Under the pieces are notes generated by a model. It saw only the letters and a list, made by a program, of their open reading frames with translations, ran no database searches and was not told where the DNA came from. DNA of 64,000 nucleotides from a bacterium (GTDB lineage Bacteria; Cyanobacteriota; Sericytochromatia; S15B-MN24; VGJW01): contig JAJXWQ010000001.1 in assembly GCA_021781555.1 (NCBI GenBank), forward strand, positions 7,392-71,391, given 5' to 3'. Position numbers and translations under genes: made by a program. Shown one piece after another: positions 18,699 through 28,353 of this stretch (its first letter is position 1; each line of letters starts with the position of its first letter).

Positions 18699-21423
18699 GC
18701 AGCTCGCCGGCCCGGTTGGCCAGGCCCTGGCGGGGGGCGCGGCGAACAGCTCGAGGCCGCCGCAGGCCGCATGCGAGCAGGGCCGGGATCTCGCGTCGGA
18801 CTCGCGGCGCCTGGTAGGGCTTGATATCAGACCCTACCAGAGGCCGATCGGTGGCGGGATGCCGGTCGGTGAGCGGGTGGGCTTCGAGCTCGTTCTGGTG
18901 GATGATGCCGGCCGGATCGGCCTCGGCGAGGTCGCCCCGCTGGCGGGCTTTGGCTCGGAAGCCCTCGCCGACGCCGAGGTCGCTTTGGCCGCGGCCCGGC
19001 GCAGCCTCGAGAGCGACCGGCCGCCGGCCCCACGAGAGCTCGACGAGGTCGGCCCGCTGCTGGCCGCCCTGGGTCTCGACCGCGATCGCACGCCCGTGGC
19101 CTATGCGGGTCTCGAGCTCTGCCTGCTGGATCACCTGGCGCGCCGGGCGGGTCGGCCACTTGCCGAGCTGCTGGCGGACTGGCCTGGTAACGGCGACGCA
19201 GCTCGACCGACCGGGGGCCGCGCTGGCTCCTGCAAGCGCGAAGTTCCCGTCAACAGCGTCGTCTCGGGCACCGACCCCCACCAGGCGGCGGCCGCCGCCG
19301 GCGCGGCCCGGGCTCTGGGATACCGGACGCTCAAGGTCAAGGTCGGCGACCTCGAGCCTCGCGAGGCGGTGCGCCGGATCGCCGAGATCCGGCGGATCGT
19401 CGGGCCCGAGGTCCTGCTACGGGTCGACGCCGCCCGGGCCTGGCCGCCGACCGAAGCGCGCAGGACTCTCGCGGATCTGGCTGCGCTCGACGTCGAGTAT
19501 GTCGAGGAACCCGCCGCGGATCTCGGCTTTCTGCTGGACGCTCTCGGCCACCGTCCCGACGAGGCGCTGGCCCCGATCGCGGCCGATGAGAGCGCCTGCC
19601 CCTCCGCCCTGGCGTGGCGCTGCCTGGCGTCCAGGGTGCGGCCCTCGGTCTTCGTCCTCAAACCCCTGCTCTTCGGGGGCCTGCTCGAGGCCCGCAGCTT
19701 CGCGCTGGCGGCGCTGGCGGCAGGGGCGCGGGTCGTGGTGACCTCGGCCTTCGAGGGACCTGTCGGTCTGGCCGCGGCCGTCCACCTCGCGGCCTCCTTG
19801 CCGGGCGCACCCGTCGCCTGCGGGCTGGCGACGGCGCACCTGTCGTGCGCTGGCGAGTTCTTGCCGGCCTGGCTCGCGCCGTCGGGGGGAACGCTGACGC
19901 TCGGCGACGAGCCGGGCCTCGGGCTCTCGTTACCCCCGTTCGAGCGTGCAGCTTCGCTGTGGCCCGATCGCCCGGCGCTCGCCATCGACGCTGCCGGGCG
20001 GACCGCGGTGCTGACGCACGGCGAGCTGGCCGATCGCGTGCGGACGGCGGCCGGCCGCCTGGCAAGCCTGGGGGTGGAGCCGGGGAAGATCGTGGGGCTA
20101 CTGGGCGAGAACAGCCTCGGCTGGATCGTCGCCCACCTGGCCCTGCCGCTGCTGAAAGGCGCCAGCTTGCCCCTCAACTTTCGCCTGGCCGATGCCGAAC
20201 TCCGCTGGCAGCTCGAAGCCGCGGGGGCCATCGGCATCCTGTCCGACCAGCTGGACCGGCCGCTGGGCCAGACCGCAGTCTGGCCCCTGTCGGACCTCCT
20301 CGACGCCCCGGACCAGCCGGCTGCCGTTGCCTCGGCGGGCGACGCGGTCGCCACGGGCCGGCCAGGCCTGGTGTCAGCCTTCGATCCCGCGAGCCCGCAC
20401 ACGGTGATCTTCACCTCGGGCACCACCGGCAAGCCCAAAGGGGTGGTCCTCACCGCCGCGCAGCACCAGGCCAGCGCCCGCTCCCTGATCGCGCACCTCG
20501 ACCTGGACGCGGACGATCGGTGGCTGCTGTGCATGCCCGTGTTCCATGTCGGCGGCCTGGGGATCGTGCACCGGATGATCGCCTGCGGCGGCATGGCGAT
20601 CCTGCTCGAGCGGTTCGACGTGGCGCGCGTCGCGACGGCGATCGAACGCTGGCAGCCGACCCGCGTCAGTCTCACGGCCACGATGGCCCGGCGGTTGCTG
20701 GCCGCCCACCCCACGATCCTTGCCGGGGTGCGAACCGTCCTGCTCGGCGGCGAGGCCATCGGGGCCGATTTGCTGGAGGCGATCCCGCAGGCGATCGCCT
20801 CCTACGGCCTTTCGGAGGCCGGCTCGACGGTCGCGGTCGCGGCGCCGGGCGAAAGCGCACTGCATCCGCTGCCGGGCTTCGAGCTCCGGATCGCCGAGGA
20901 CGGGACAGCCTGCCAGCCTGCCGAGGTAGGTCGCGTCGCCATCCGAGGGCCCGCGCTGATGCGGGGCTATCTCGGCGCGACTCCCCTGGATGGGGGCTGG
21001 TTCGAGACGGGCGATCTCGGCGTGTTTCGTCCCGAGGGGGGCTTCTCGATCCTGGCCCGGCGGGAGGACCTCATCCTGTCGGGCGGGGAGAATGTCTATC
21101 CCGCCGAGATCGAGGCCGCGCTGCTCGACCACCCGGAGGTCATCGCCGCCGCGGTGGCAGGGATTCCCGACCCGCGCTGGGGCCAGGTTCCGGTCGCCGC
21201 GGTCGTGCTGCGCGCCAGGTTAGCCGAGGGCGCAGCCCGGGTCCCTTTGGCGCCGGATTCGCCCGCGCCGAGCCCCGAGGAGCTCTCGGCCTTCGTCGGC
21301 GAGCGCCTGGCGCGTTACAAGGTTCCCAGGCAGGTCCGATTCCTCGCCAGCCTTCCGACCCGGCCCTCCGGCAAGCTCGACCGCCGGGCCGTCGCCGCTC
21401 TGTTTTCGCAGGACCCCCGGTAG
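18688..21423 (+). CDS. menCE: apparent fusion of o-succinylbenzoate synthase (MenC, N-terminal, about 420 aa) and o-succinylbenzoate-CoA ligase (MenE, C-terminal, about 490 aa)
   Basis: N-terminal enolase-superfamily motifs (LKVKVGD, DVEYVEEP, IAADES, VLKPLLFGG). C-terminal AMP-binding motifs (FTSGTTGKPKGVVLT, MPVFHVGGLG, LSGGENVYPAEIE, PSGKLDRRA). Uninterrupted ORF with no in-frame ATG or GTG at the junction. Confidence 0.75.
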   Translation: MEPEQLAGPVGQALAGGAANSSRPPQAACEQGRDLASDSRRLVGLDIRPYQRPIGGGMPVGERVGFELVLVDDAGRIGLGEVAPLAGFGSEALADAEVALAAARRSLESDRPPAPRELDEVGPLLAALGLDRDRTPVAYAGLELCLLDHLARRAGRPLAELLADWPGNGDAARPTGGRAGSCKREVPVNSVVSGTDPHQAAAAAGAARALGYRTLKVKVGDLEPREAVRRIAEIRRIVGPEVLLRVDAARAWPPTEARRTLADLAALDVEYVEEPAADLGFLLDALGHRPDEALAPIAADESACPSALAWRCLASRVRPSVFVLKPLLFGGLLEARSFALAALAAGARVVVTSAFEGPVGLAAAVHLAASLPGAPVACGLATAHLSCAGEFLPAWLAPSGGTLTLGDEPGLGLSLPPFERAASLWPDRPALAIDAAGRTAVLTHGELADRVRTAAGRLASLGVEPGKIVGLLGENSLGWIVAHLALPLLKGASLPLNFRLADAELRWQLEAAGAIGILSDQLDRPLGQTAVWPLSDLLDAPDQPAAVASAGDAVATGRPGLVSAFDPASPHTVIFTSGTTGKPKGVVLTAAQHQASARSLIAHLDLDADDRWLLCMPVFHVGGLGIVHRMIACGGMAILLERFDVARVATAIERWQPTRVSLTATMARRLLAAHPTILAGVRTVLLGGEAIGADLLEAIPQAIASYGLSEAGSTVAVAAPGESALHPLPGFELRIAEDGTACQPAEVGRVAIRGPALMRGYLGATPLDGGWFETGDLGVFRPEGGFSILARREDLILSGGENVYPAEIEAALLDHPEVIAAAVAGIPDPRWGQVPVAAVVLRARLAEGAARVPLAPDSPAPSPEELSAFVGERLARYKVPRQVRFLASLPTRPSGKLDRRAVAALFSQDPR

Positions 21424-21479
21424 CCCCTTGCCGGGCCGCAGGTAGCCGCGAACGGGTGTCCTTTACGTGGCGGCGTTGG

Positions 21480-21545
21480 TGTCTTTTGCCGCTTGAACGG
21501 GCCGCGATTGACTCCTCGGGCCCGAACCCGTCCGACCGGGAGCAT
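21480..21545 (-). repeat. partial copy of the palindromic repeat element
   Basis: TTGAACGGGCCGCGATTGACTCCTCGGGCCCGAACCCGTC matches the CGGGCCCGAGGAGTCA arm of the family in reverse orientation. Confidence 0.55.
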
Positions 21546-21616
21546 CAGCGCAACGGACTCGACGCCTCGACCTGATTCCAGGTACCCTGGTCGCCACCCA
21601 CGAAGGAGGCAATCTC

Positions 21617-22219
21617 GTGCTCGATCTCGATGCCAGGCGATCGGCGCTGCTGGTCATGGACTTTCAGGCGACCATCGTCCAAAACTACGCCCTGGACTGG
21701 GAGTCCTTGCTGGCTCGGACTTCGAGCTTGCTGGCTGCCGCCCGCGCTGCGGGCATGGCCGTGATCTACGTCGGGGTAGGGTTCAGGCCCGGCTTCCCGG
21801 AGGTCAGCCCGAACAACAAGAGTTTCAGCGCCATCAAGCAGTCGGATCGTTTCAAGCCGGCAGACTTTGCCGAGCCTGAAAAGTCCTTCCATGAAAGCGT
21901 GGCCCCGCTGCCGGGCGACATCATCGTCGTGAAGCACCGCGTCAGCGCGTTCTTCGGCACCGATCTCGACATGATCCTGCGCGCCAAGAGCATCGACACG
22001 CTCGTACTGTCGGGAATCGCGACCAGCGGCGTGGTGCTTTCGACCCTCCGCCATGCGGCCGACGGCGATTACCGGTGCGTCGTGGTCGAGGATGGCTGCG
22101 CGGATCTGGATCCCGAGGTGCACGCGGTGCTGTGCGGCAAGGTATTTGCCCGGCAGGCGACGGTGGTCAAGGCCGTGGACGTCACCGAAGCGCTTGCACA
22201 GCCCGCACTGTCTTCATAG
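21617..22219 (+). CDS. isochorismatase-family cysteine hydrolase
   Basis: 200 aa; catalytic triad context (LLVMDFQ... D; K in VVKHRVSAFFGTDL; C in TLVLSGIATSGVV). Confidence 0.75.
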   Translation: MLDLDARRSALLVMDFQATIVQNYALDWESLLARTSSLLAAARAAGMAVIYVGVGFRPGFPEVSPNNKSFSAIKQSDRFKPADFAEPEKSFHESVAPLPGDIIVVKHRVSAFFGTDLDMILRAKSIDTLVLSGIATSGVVLSTLRHAADGDYRCVVVEDGCADLDPEVHAVLCGKVFARQATVVKAVDVTEALAQPALSS

Positions 22220-22285
22220 CGGGCCCCCGGGCGATCGCCCGGGGGGACGAGAAGGTGCCGCCCCTGCCGCACCGCGTCCTCGCCC

Positions 22286-23335
22286 TCAGGGAGCGACCAC
22301 GCCGCCGACATCGCTGGACTGGGTAGCCAGGACCGTGAGCGATAGCGTGGCAGCACTCGAGCCGCCGACGCTGACCAGCACCTGTGCCGGGCCCGGACTG
22401 ACTTTGGGCACCGTGGTGACGACCAGCCCAGGGCAGGTGCTCGCGATGCTGGCCGTGGCGCCGGCCACGGATATCGACTCGGATGCGGCGATGCCGGCTA
22501 ACCCCCGCCCGTAGATCGTGATCTCGCTGCCGATCGCCGCCTGCTGGGGATAGAGCGTGAAGATTGTCGGCGGGGGTGGGAGGGGCGTCGGGACCGGGGC
22601 CCCGACCGTGGATTCGTAGCTGCCGTTGGAATAGACCACGGCGTCGACGGGATCGGTGTTGGCCGTCAGCGCGGCGTTGACGTAGGCCAGCACGGTCGTG
22701 AAGTCGCTCTGGCTGACGTTGGCCGCACCGGCGAAATAGGTTGGCGTGGGCATGGACCCGATCAGGCTCGCCGGCGCCACGACGCTCGGACCGCGCAGGC
22801 TTTCGATGATCGAGAGGGCGGTGGTGGACGGATCGATGGTGATGAAACCGACCTCGACAGACTCCCAGTTGCCGCTGACCTGCTCCAGGAGTGTGCGCAC
22901 CCGGGCCGCGTCGTGACCGGCGACGTTGTTATCCAGCCCCTTGATGGCCTCGAGGTAATAAACCTCCCCCGCAGTGGGCGACCAGCTCGACAGGTCCAGG
23001 TGGAAATAGCCAGAAGAATCGGTCAGGCCCGTGGCCACGGTGGTGTCGGTCGTGGTGTCGATCAGCGAGACGGTGGCCGAACCCTGGACATCGTTCATCG
23101 TGGCCTGCACGCGGCGCTCGCCGCCAAAGCTCACCTGGCCGACCAGGGCCAGGGGAGCGCCCGGGGACGCCCCGAGGGGATGACGCAGCCCGGCACACCC
23201 TGCGAGTGCCAGGGTCGGCAGACTGGAACTGGCCAGGGTACCCATCGCAAGGGCCAGCGCTCGGCCGCTGCGCCCTGGTCGGAAGGGGGGAAGCCGGTTG
23301 CTGCGGCCAGCCAGGAAGCTCACCTCGTTCTCCAT
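22286..23335 (-). CDS. secreted lipoprotein with transthyretin/CarboxypepD_reg-like N-domain and C-terminal IPT/TIG domain
   Basis: Lipobox LALAGCAG; N-domain paralogous to that of the 1006-aa neighbour (ATVSLIDTTTDTTVATGLTDSSGYFHLDL); IPT-like C-terminus (TIFTLYPQQAAIGSEITIYGRGL). Start may be the internal ATG at 23245. Confidence 0.6.
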   Translation of the reverse strand: MENEVSFLAGRSNRLPPFRPGRSGRALALAMGTLASSSLPTLALAGCAGLRHPLGASPGAPLALVGQVSFGGERRVQATMNDVQGSATVSLIDTTTDTTVATGLTDSSGYFHLDLSSWSPTAGEVYYLEAIKGLDNNVAGHDAARVRTLLEQVSGNWESVEVGFITIDPSTTALSIIESLRGPSVVAPASLIGSMPTPTYFAGAANVSQSDFTTVLAYVNAALTANTDPVDAVVYSNGSYESTVGAPVPTPLPPPPTIFTLYPQQAAIGSEITIYGRGLAGIAASESISVAGATASIASTCPGLVVTTVPKVSPGPAQVLVSVGGSSAATLSLTVLATQSSDVGGVVAP

Positions 23336-23350
23336 CGGATCGCCCTTTCG

Positions 23351-26300
23351 TCAGTAGTCGTAGGGGAGGAGGACGTTCGAGAGGTAGGCGTTGCTCGCCG
23401 CAAAGGTCGCCTGGTAGCGGAGGTACCGCCGGCTCAGGGCCGTGGGGCTGTTGGCCCACGAGCTCCAGGTCGAGCCATCGGCGCTGTCGGAATACTGGAG
23501 GGTGATGCTGGAGCTGTTGCTGGCGATCACGGCCGGCAGCCAGGTGGCGAAGTTGGTGCCGGAGTCGTAGGCCTTGGACAGCGCGTAGGCCCCGCGGGTC
23601 GTGACGGACCAGGATGCCAGCGTGGGCGTGAGTGCGTTGCTGGTCGTCTCGAGCGTCGCCCGGAGCTTGATGGAGGAAGCGGTGATGCCGTTGAGACTGG
23701 CGCCCGACGTCACGTTGCTCATCAGGACATTTCCGGTCGAGCCGTCGAGCACGTCCACGGTCAGGGTCGTGCCGCTCGGCACCGTATCGCTGAAGGAGAG
23801 GGTGTCCCAGAGGGAGTTGGCGGGGCGGGCGATCGCGCTCGTGACCGAGGTTTCGGGCGTGCCTGCTACGTATTCAGCCAGGTAGATCGCTCCGCCAGTG
23901 ACCGCGAACCTGAAAAGGGTGTTGGCTCCGCCATTGAAGTTGGCATTGGTTCCGGCCATATAGAGGTAGGAGCCATCTGATCCGACCTGTGGATAGGCTC
24001 CGTTGGTCAACGCTCCGACCGGGAAGGGCAGATTGACGCTGCCCCCAACGTTGCCGGTCGTCAAGGTGCTGAGGTAGGTGTTCGTACCGCTGCTGCTGGT
24101 GAAATAGAACGTGTTGCTGCCGGTCAGGCCAGCGGCGGAATCTATCGAGTAGCCTGCAGGAGAAGGGTCGTAGATTGTGCCGTAGACGGTACCGAGAGTC
24201 GTACTTACCCCGTTGCCAAGCAGCTCGCACGTGGAGCTGGTGTATTCACAGGCCATGACGTAGGTGCCGTTGGCGGCGGCCCGGTTGATGTACGTGGGGC
24301 CCATTGAACTGTACTGGGCACCATTCCAGGATACGTAGCCGATAAGCGGCGACGTGTGACCCGTGCAGAGCCAGTAAAGGCCGCTCGTGGGATCCCAGAT
24401 CTCGGACTCGGCCCAGCCGATCCTCGTTATCTGGCCGATTAAGCTGCCGGAGAAGTTGTAGAAGTAGTCCGGAGTGCTTGAGCTGTTGCCGAGAAAAAAG
24501 CCGGCCGTGCCCGTGCCGAGGGGTCCTGCCACGGCTTGGCTGACGCCCAGCTGGTGGGCCCAATACGTGCCATTGTAAGGTTGCACAAGCCCGCCGATGT
24601 TGAGGCTGGCGTTTGTTGTTGGAGTCAGGGTCAGGCCGCTGCTCGTGCCCTGAGTGCCGGAGTTGGTGTTGCTGCTGAAGCCCGACCCCGACTGGGAGAA
24701 GGTCGTGACAGCAGCAGCGGGCTGGATGTATCCGCTGCCCCAGGCGGCCGTCGTCCCCGGATCCTCGAAGTTGGTCGTCGAGAGGTTGTCGTCGATCGAT
24801 TGGCTGGCCGTGAAGTTGCCGCCGGCAGGGCTTACCAGGCCAAGGCCCGTGATGAGTGTCAGGGGGCCGCTGATACGGCTCGAGAGGGACGGAGCCGGTA
24901 CGTAGCCCACCGCCTGGGTGTTGTACCAGGTGACGACATTGGGCGAGGGAACGCCATCGAACTCGATCTTGGAGTACTGGCCCTGCGTGCCGAAGTTCTG
25001 CCCCGTGATGGTCACCTGGGTGGCCTGGCTGCCCACAGTGGGGGTGAACCAGCTGAGCTTCGGAAGAATGTAGGCGAAGTAGTAGCCGACCGTGACCCCG
25101 CTGACGGTGACCGTGAGCGGACCCGAGGAGCCGTTGGCAGGAACCGCCGCCAGGAGGGTTTCCGGATCGGCATAGGTGACGCTGGCTGTCGCGCCATTGA
25201 AATCGACGGTGACGCTGCCCGTGGACTGTGGGAACCCGGAGCCGCGAATCATGATCGTATCGCCCGGCGCGCCGCCCGTCGGCGAGACCGAGGAGATCGA
25301 GAGCCCCAAACTGCCCCCACCCCCCGACCCGCCGCTACCCGAGCCCGTTGCGACCGCCAGGGTGTAGGCCACGGCCGCGCTCGTGCCCAGACTCGTCGTC
25401 ACGGTGACGTTGCCCGAGCTCGGGGCATTGGCGGGCACGAAGACCCCCAAGGTGTCCGCCGCAGCGCAGAAGACCGATGCCGTCGCCGCCCCGAAGAGCA
25501 CCGTATCGCCTGCGGTGACGGGCGAGAAGCCCTTGCCCAGGATCATCATCGCCCCGCCCGTGCCGGGGCTGGCCGGGTCGATCTGACTGATGGACGGGGC
25601 CAGACCAGAACTGCTCTCTACGGGATCCTCGTCGTGGGTCAGGTAACTGGTGATGGCCGCTGCAAGGTTGTTGATGTAAGTCAGCGAGTAGTCCGCCGCG
25701 TCGGGGCTCGAGACCACGGAGCTGCCGGAAACCGTACCGAGGGTGCTGCTCGCGGTCACGTGCGAAGGATCGAGGCTACTGATTACGGCCATGGCCGTGG
25801 TCTGGGCATCGAGCACGATGGTGCTACCCGAGGTGCTCGTCCAGGTGCTGCCGGTCCACTGGAGGAAGGTCCGGAAGCGAGCGACCTGGCTGCCCGCGAC
25901 GTCGGCCAGGAGGCCATGGGTGGACTCGAGCAAGAAGGTGCTGCCGGACATCGGGGTGAAGCCGTTCAGCGGCAGGTAGAAGGTGCCTGCGTTGTCGGAG
26001 TACCCGGTGGCGACCGTGTAACCGGTCGAGAGATCGATCAGCGTGAGGGTCGCCCCGGCCGCCGCGTAGTTGCTGGCCGCCGCGACGTGGAAGACCGGGA
26101 AGTCCACCCGACCGCGCACGGCGGTGGCGCTGGAGACCTCAAGAAGCGGGTCCGAACTGCCTGCGCCTCCCGAGCCGGCGGCTACCCCCGGGGCGACTGC
26201 CGCGCCGGACACGGCGGCAAGCCGTGGCATGCGGGATGCCACCGAAAGACCCTGACACGCGACCAGGATCACGCAGCTCGCCGCCGCGAGCAGCCGTGCC

Positions 26301-26371
26301 GTCGCCGAACAGGCGATGCGGACCGCCGCCAGGCGCGCGTACGGGCGGACGAAGACAGGTGTGATGCGCAT
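23351..26371 (-). CDS. large secreted lipoprotein (1006 aa): CarboxypepD_reg-like domain, at least three IPT/TIG domains, and a 550-aa Gly/Ser/Thr/Tyr-rich beta-rich C-terminal domain
   Basis: Signal peptide plus lipobox LVACQG; IPT motifs ISQIDPASPGTGGAMMILGKGF, ISSVSPTGGAPGDTIMIRGSGF, LSWFTPTVGSQATQVTITGQNFG. Confidence 0.65.
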   Translation of the reverse strand: MRITPVFVRPYARLAAVRIACSATARLLAAASCVILVACQGLSVASRMPRLAAVSGAAVAPGVAAGSGGAGSSDPLLEVSSATAVRGRVDFPVFHVAAASNYAAAGATLTLIDLSTGYTVATGYSDNAGTFYLPLNGFTPMSGSTFLLESTHGLLADVAGSQVARFRTFLQWTGSTWTSTSGSTIVLDAQTTAMAVISSLDPSHVTASSTLGTVSGSSVVSSPDAADYSLTYINNLAAAITSYLTHDEDPVESSSGLAPSISQIDPASPGTGGAMMILGKGFSPVTAGDTVLFGAATASVFCAAADTLGVFVPANAPSSGNVTVTTSLGTSAAVAYTLAVATGSGSGGSGGGGSLGLSISSVSPTGGAPGDTIMIRGSGFPQSTGSVTVDFNGATASVTYADPETLLAAVPANGSSGPLTVTVSGVTVGYYFAYILPKLSWFTPTVGSQATQVTITGQNFGTQGQYSKIEFDGVPSPNVVTWYNTQAVGYVPAPSLSSRISGPLTLITGLGLVSPAGGNFTASQSIDDNLSTTNFEDPGTTAAWGSGYIQPAAAVTTFSQSGSGFSSNTNSGTQGTSSGLTLTPTTNASLNIGGLVQPYNGTYWAHQLGVSQAVAGPLGTGTAGFFLGNSSSTPDYFYNFSGSLIGQITRIGWAESEIWDPTSGLYWLCTGHTSPLIGYVSWNGAQYSSMGPTYINRAAANGTYVMACEYTSSTCELLGNGVSTTLGTVYGTIYDPSPAGYSIDSAAGLTGSNTFYFTSSSGTNTYLSTLTTGNVGGSVNLPFPVGALTNGAYPQVGSDGSYLYMAGTNANFNGGANTLFRFAVTGGAIYLAEYVAGTPETSVTSAIARPANSLWDTLSFSDTVPSGTTLTVDVLDGSTGNVLMSNVTSGASLNGITASSIKLRATLETTSNALTPTLASWSVTTRGAYALSKAYDSGTNFATWLPAVIASNSSSITLQYSDSADGSTWSSWANSPTALSRRYLRYQATFAASNAYLSNVLLPYDY

Positions 26372-26411
26372 CCCAAGACCCCCTTGCTCGAGTGGCGAGT
26401 GAACCCGGATA

Positions 26412-27482
26412 TCAGTCGACCGTGACGGACGCCGTCCCGATCGCCATCCCCGATGAGACCTGGACCTGGTAGGTGCCCGTGGCGCCCGGCGTGAACACCC
26501 CGGCGCTCAGGGTCGAGGCCGGCGGCGGTGAGGCCAGTGGATCGGTGGGACCGTTCACCAGCCAGCAGGTCCAGTTGACCGCAGTGTCGGCGACGGTTTG
26601 ACCCGAGGTGTCGATGCCGGCCGCGGCGAACGTGACGGCCGTGCTCACGCTGGCCGCGGCGGTGGCTGGAGTCACCTGGAACCGGCTCAACACCGAGAAG
26701 CTCCCGCTGCCGGGAGTGCCAGGCACGCCATCGGCCCAGACCGAGATCGGTCCCGTGATCGCAGTGCTCGGAACCGAGACCTCGACCGCCGTGGACGTGG
26801 CGGAGATCGGCGTCGATGCCGTTGCGCCGCCGCCGAAGATGACGTACACGGGCCCCCCGTTGCCGCTAAAATTCAGTCCATCGAGCGTCACAAAGGTGCC
26901 CGGTCCCGCGTTTGCGGGCGTCATCCCCTGGACCGTGGGAATGGCGGTGGGGACGAGGTTGACTGCGGCCGCGCAGATCGAGCTCGGCGCCACGTCCAGC
27001 GAGGCCGTCCCCTGGGCGATCGGGACGTCGCCGAGCCCCGGCGTCTGCGCCTGGAATGCATCGACGGTGATCGCCCGGGCCGTCCCGGCCGCGACCGACA
27101 TGGTGGCGCTGGTCACGAGGGCGCCCTGGCTGGGCCGGGTGATGAGATCGTACGCCAGAAGATTGCCGCGGGAATCGGAGATCTGGATCTCGAGCGAGTT
27201 GGCACTGTCGGGAATGGTCTGCGTCGTGAAGGCCATGCGCTCGGGCCAGCGGATCGTCAGCTGGACCTGCCCGAGCGGGCCGGCGACGCGCAGGCCCCGG
27301 TCCCGATTCTTGGTAGCCGAGATGACAGGCGATCCTGAAGTCCCGGGCGCCACCAGTGCATAGGGTAGGCCAGCTTGCCTCCCCGGGGATCCGGCCGGCT
27401 GAACCCACGTTCCGCCCGCGCACGCCGCCAGCGTCCCGACGGCCAGCACCAGAAAGATGAGAGTGTAATCGTTTCTTTGCAT
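26412..27482 (-). CDS. secreted lipoprotein with IPT/TIG and bacterial Ig-like domains
   Basis: Signal plus lipobox LAACAG; IPT motif (VQGMTPANAGPGTFVTLDGLNFS); Ig-like C-terminus. Confidence 0.6.
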   Translation of the reverse strand: MQRNDYTLIFLVLAVGTLAACAGGTWVQPAGSPGRQAGLPYALVAPGTSGSPVISATKNRDRGLRVAGPLGQVQLTIRWPERMAFTTQTIPDSANSLEIQISDSRGNLLAYDLITRPSQGALVTSATMSVAAGTARAITVDAFQAQTPGLGDVPIAQGTASLDVAPSSICAAAVNLVPTAIPTVQGMTPANAGPGTFVTLDGLNFSGNGGPVYVIFGGGATASTPISATSTAVEVSVPSTAITGPISVWADGVPGTPGSGSFSVLSRFQVTPATAAASVSTAVTFAAAGIDTSGQTVADTAVNWTCWLVNGPTDPLASPPPASTLSAGVFTPGATGTYQVQVSSGMAIGTASVTVD

Positions 27483-27483
27483 G

Positions 27484-28353
27484 TCACTGTACCATCAAGT
27501 CAACAGTTCCATCGGATCGGATGGAGATCGTTGCGGAACCTGATGCCGTGGACCCGGATGCCGTCGCCGTGACGATCACCTGGCCAGGCGGGGCTGAAGC
27601 GGCAGCGGCCACCAGGCCGCTTGCGTCCACCGTGGCCCGGGATGTGTCGGACGAGGCCCAGGTGACGGCGCTGTGGGTCGTTCCATCGGCCATGGTCACG
27701 GTCGCGGCCAGCTGGACTGCCGAAACGTAACCGGGAGCATCGGAGCCTTGCGGCGCCGGGACGTCCAGGACCGCCACCCCGGGCGACACCACGACTTGAA
27801 GCGCGGCCAGTGGCGTCGGCGAGGCGGATGGGGTGGGCGAGGACGTCACAGCCGGCGTAGGCGTCGGTGTCGACCCTGGTGCCGTCGGAGTAGGGGACGG
27901 GGTCAGGGTCGGCGTCGGCGTCGGACCGGGGGACGCCGGGCCTGGCGTCCCGAAGGAGTAGGACGGGGTCGGTGTCGCAGTCGGTGCCGAACTCGGTGTC
28001 GGGCTCGGGGTCGGAGCCGAGGAAGGGGAAGGCGTCGGAGTCGGCGACGGTGTGGCGCCTTGACCGGCGCTGCCGCCGGTTCCGCCGCCAGAGGGATCGC
28101 TGACGCCCCCACAAACCTGCGGTGGAGGGCAGGAGGTGGTCTTCGAAGACGCAACGGAGTGGCTCCCGTGGCCGCTGGTGACGCCCGTGATCCCGGCCAC
28201 GGGCGTGCCATCCGCGCAGCCGATGACCAGGGTCGCCAGGATGACGGCCAGGAGGCGCCCCTGCTGCCGCCGGTCAATGTGCAGACGATCGGCGCTCAGG
28301 ATCCGGACTTGATGGTATTGCACGATTTGCACTCCCCGGAGCCACTCGTTCAT
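27484..28353 (-). CDS. secreted lipoprotein with Pro/Thr-rich linker and C-terminal Big_2-like domain
   Basis: Lipobox LVIGCADG; [18 protein letters not shown] linker; Ig-like C-terminus. Start uncertain: the ORF is open to 28440, but codons 1-30 have atypically AT-rich third positions. Confidence 0.5.
   Translation of the reverse strand: MNEWLRGVQIVQYHQVRILSADRLHIDRRQQGRLLAVILATLVIGCADGTPVAGITGVTSGHGSHSVASSKTTSCPPPQVCGGVSDPSGGGTGGSAGQGATPSPTPTPSPSSAPTPSPTPSSAPTATPTPSYSFGTPGPASPGPTPTPTLTPSPTPTAPGSTPTPTPAVTSSPTPSASPTPLAALQVVVSPGVAVLDVPAPQGSDAPGYVSAVQLAATVTMADGTTHSAVTWASSDTSRATVDASGLVAAAASAPPGQVIVTATASGSTASGSATISIRSDGTVDLMVQ
27850..28110 (-). repeat. low-complexity PT-linker coding repeats
   Basis: Reiterated GGCGTCGG/GGGGTCGG motifs encoding (S/T)P(T/S)P repeats. 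Confidence 0.6.

Noticed and set aside
21617-22219. Isochorismatase-family gene as the missing DHNA-CoA thioesterase or MenH of the men pathway
   Set aside because: Its sequence matches cysteine-hydrolase/isochorismatase signatures, not hotdog thioesterase or alpha/beta-hydrolase MenH, and it is separated from menCE by a 190-bp spacer containing a repeat-element fragment.
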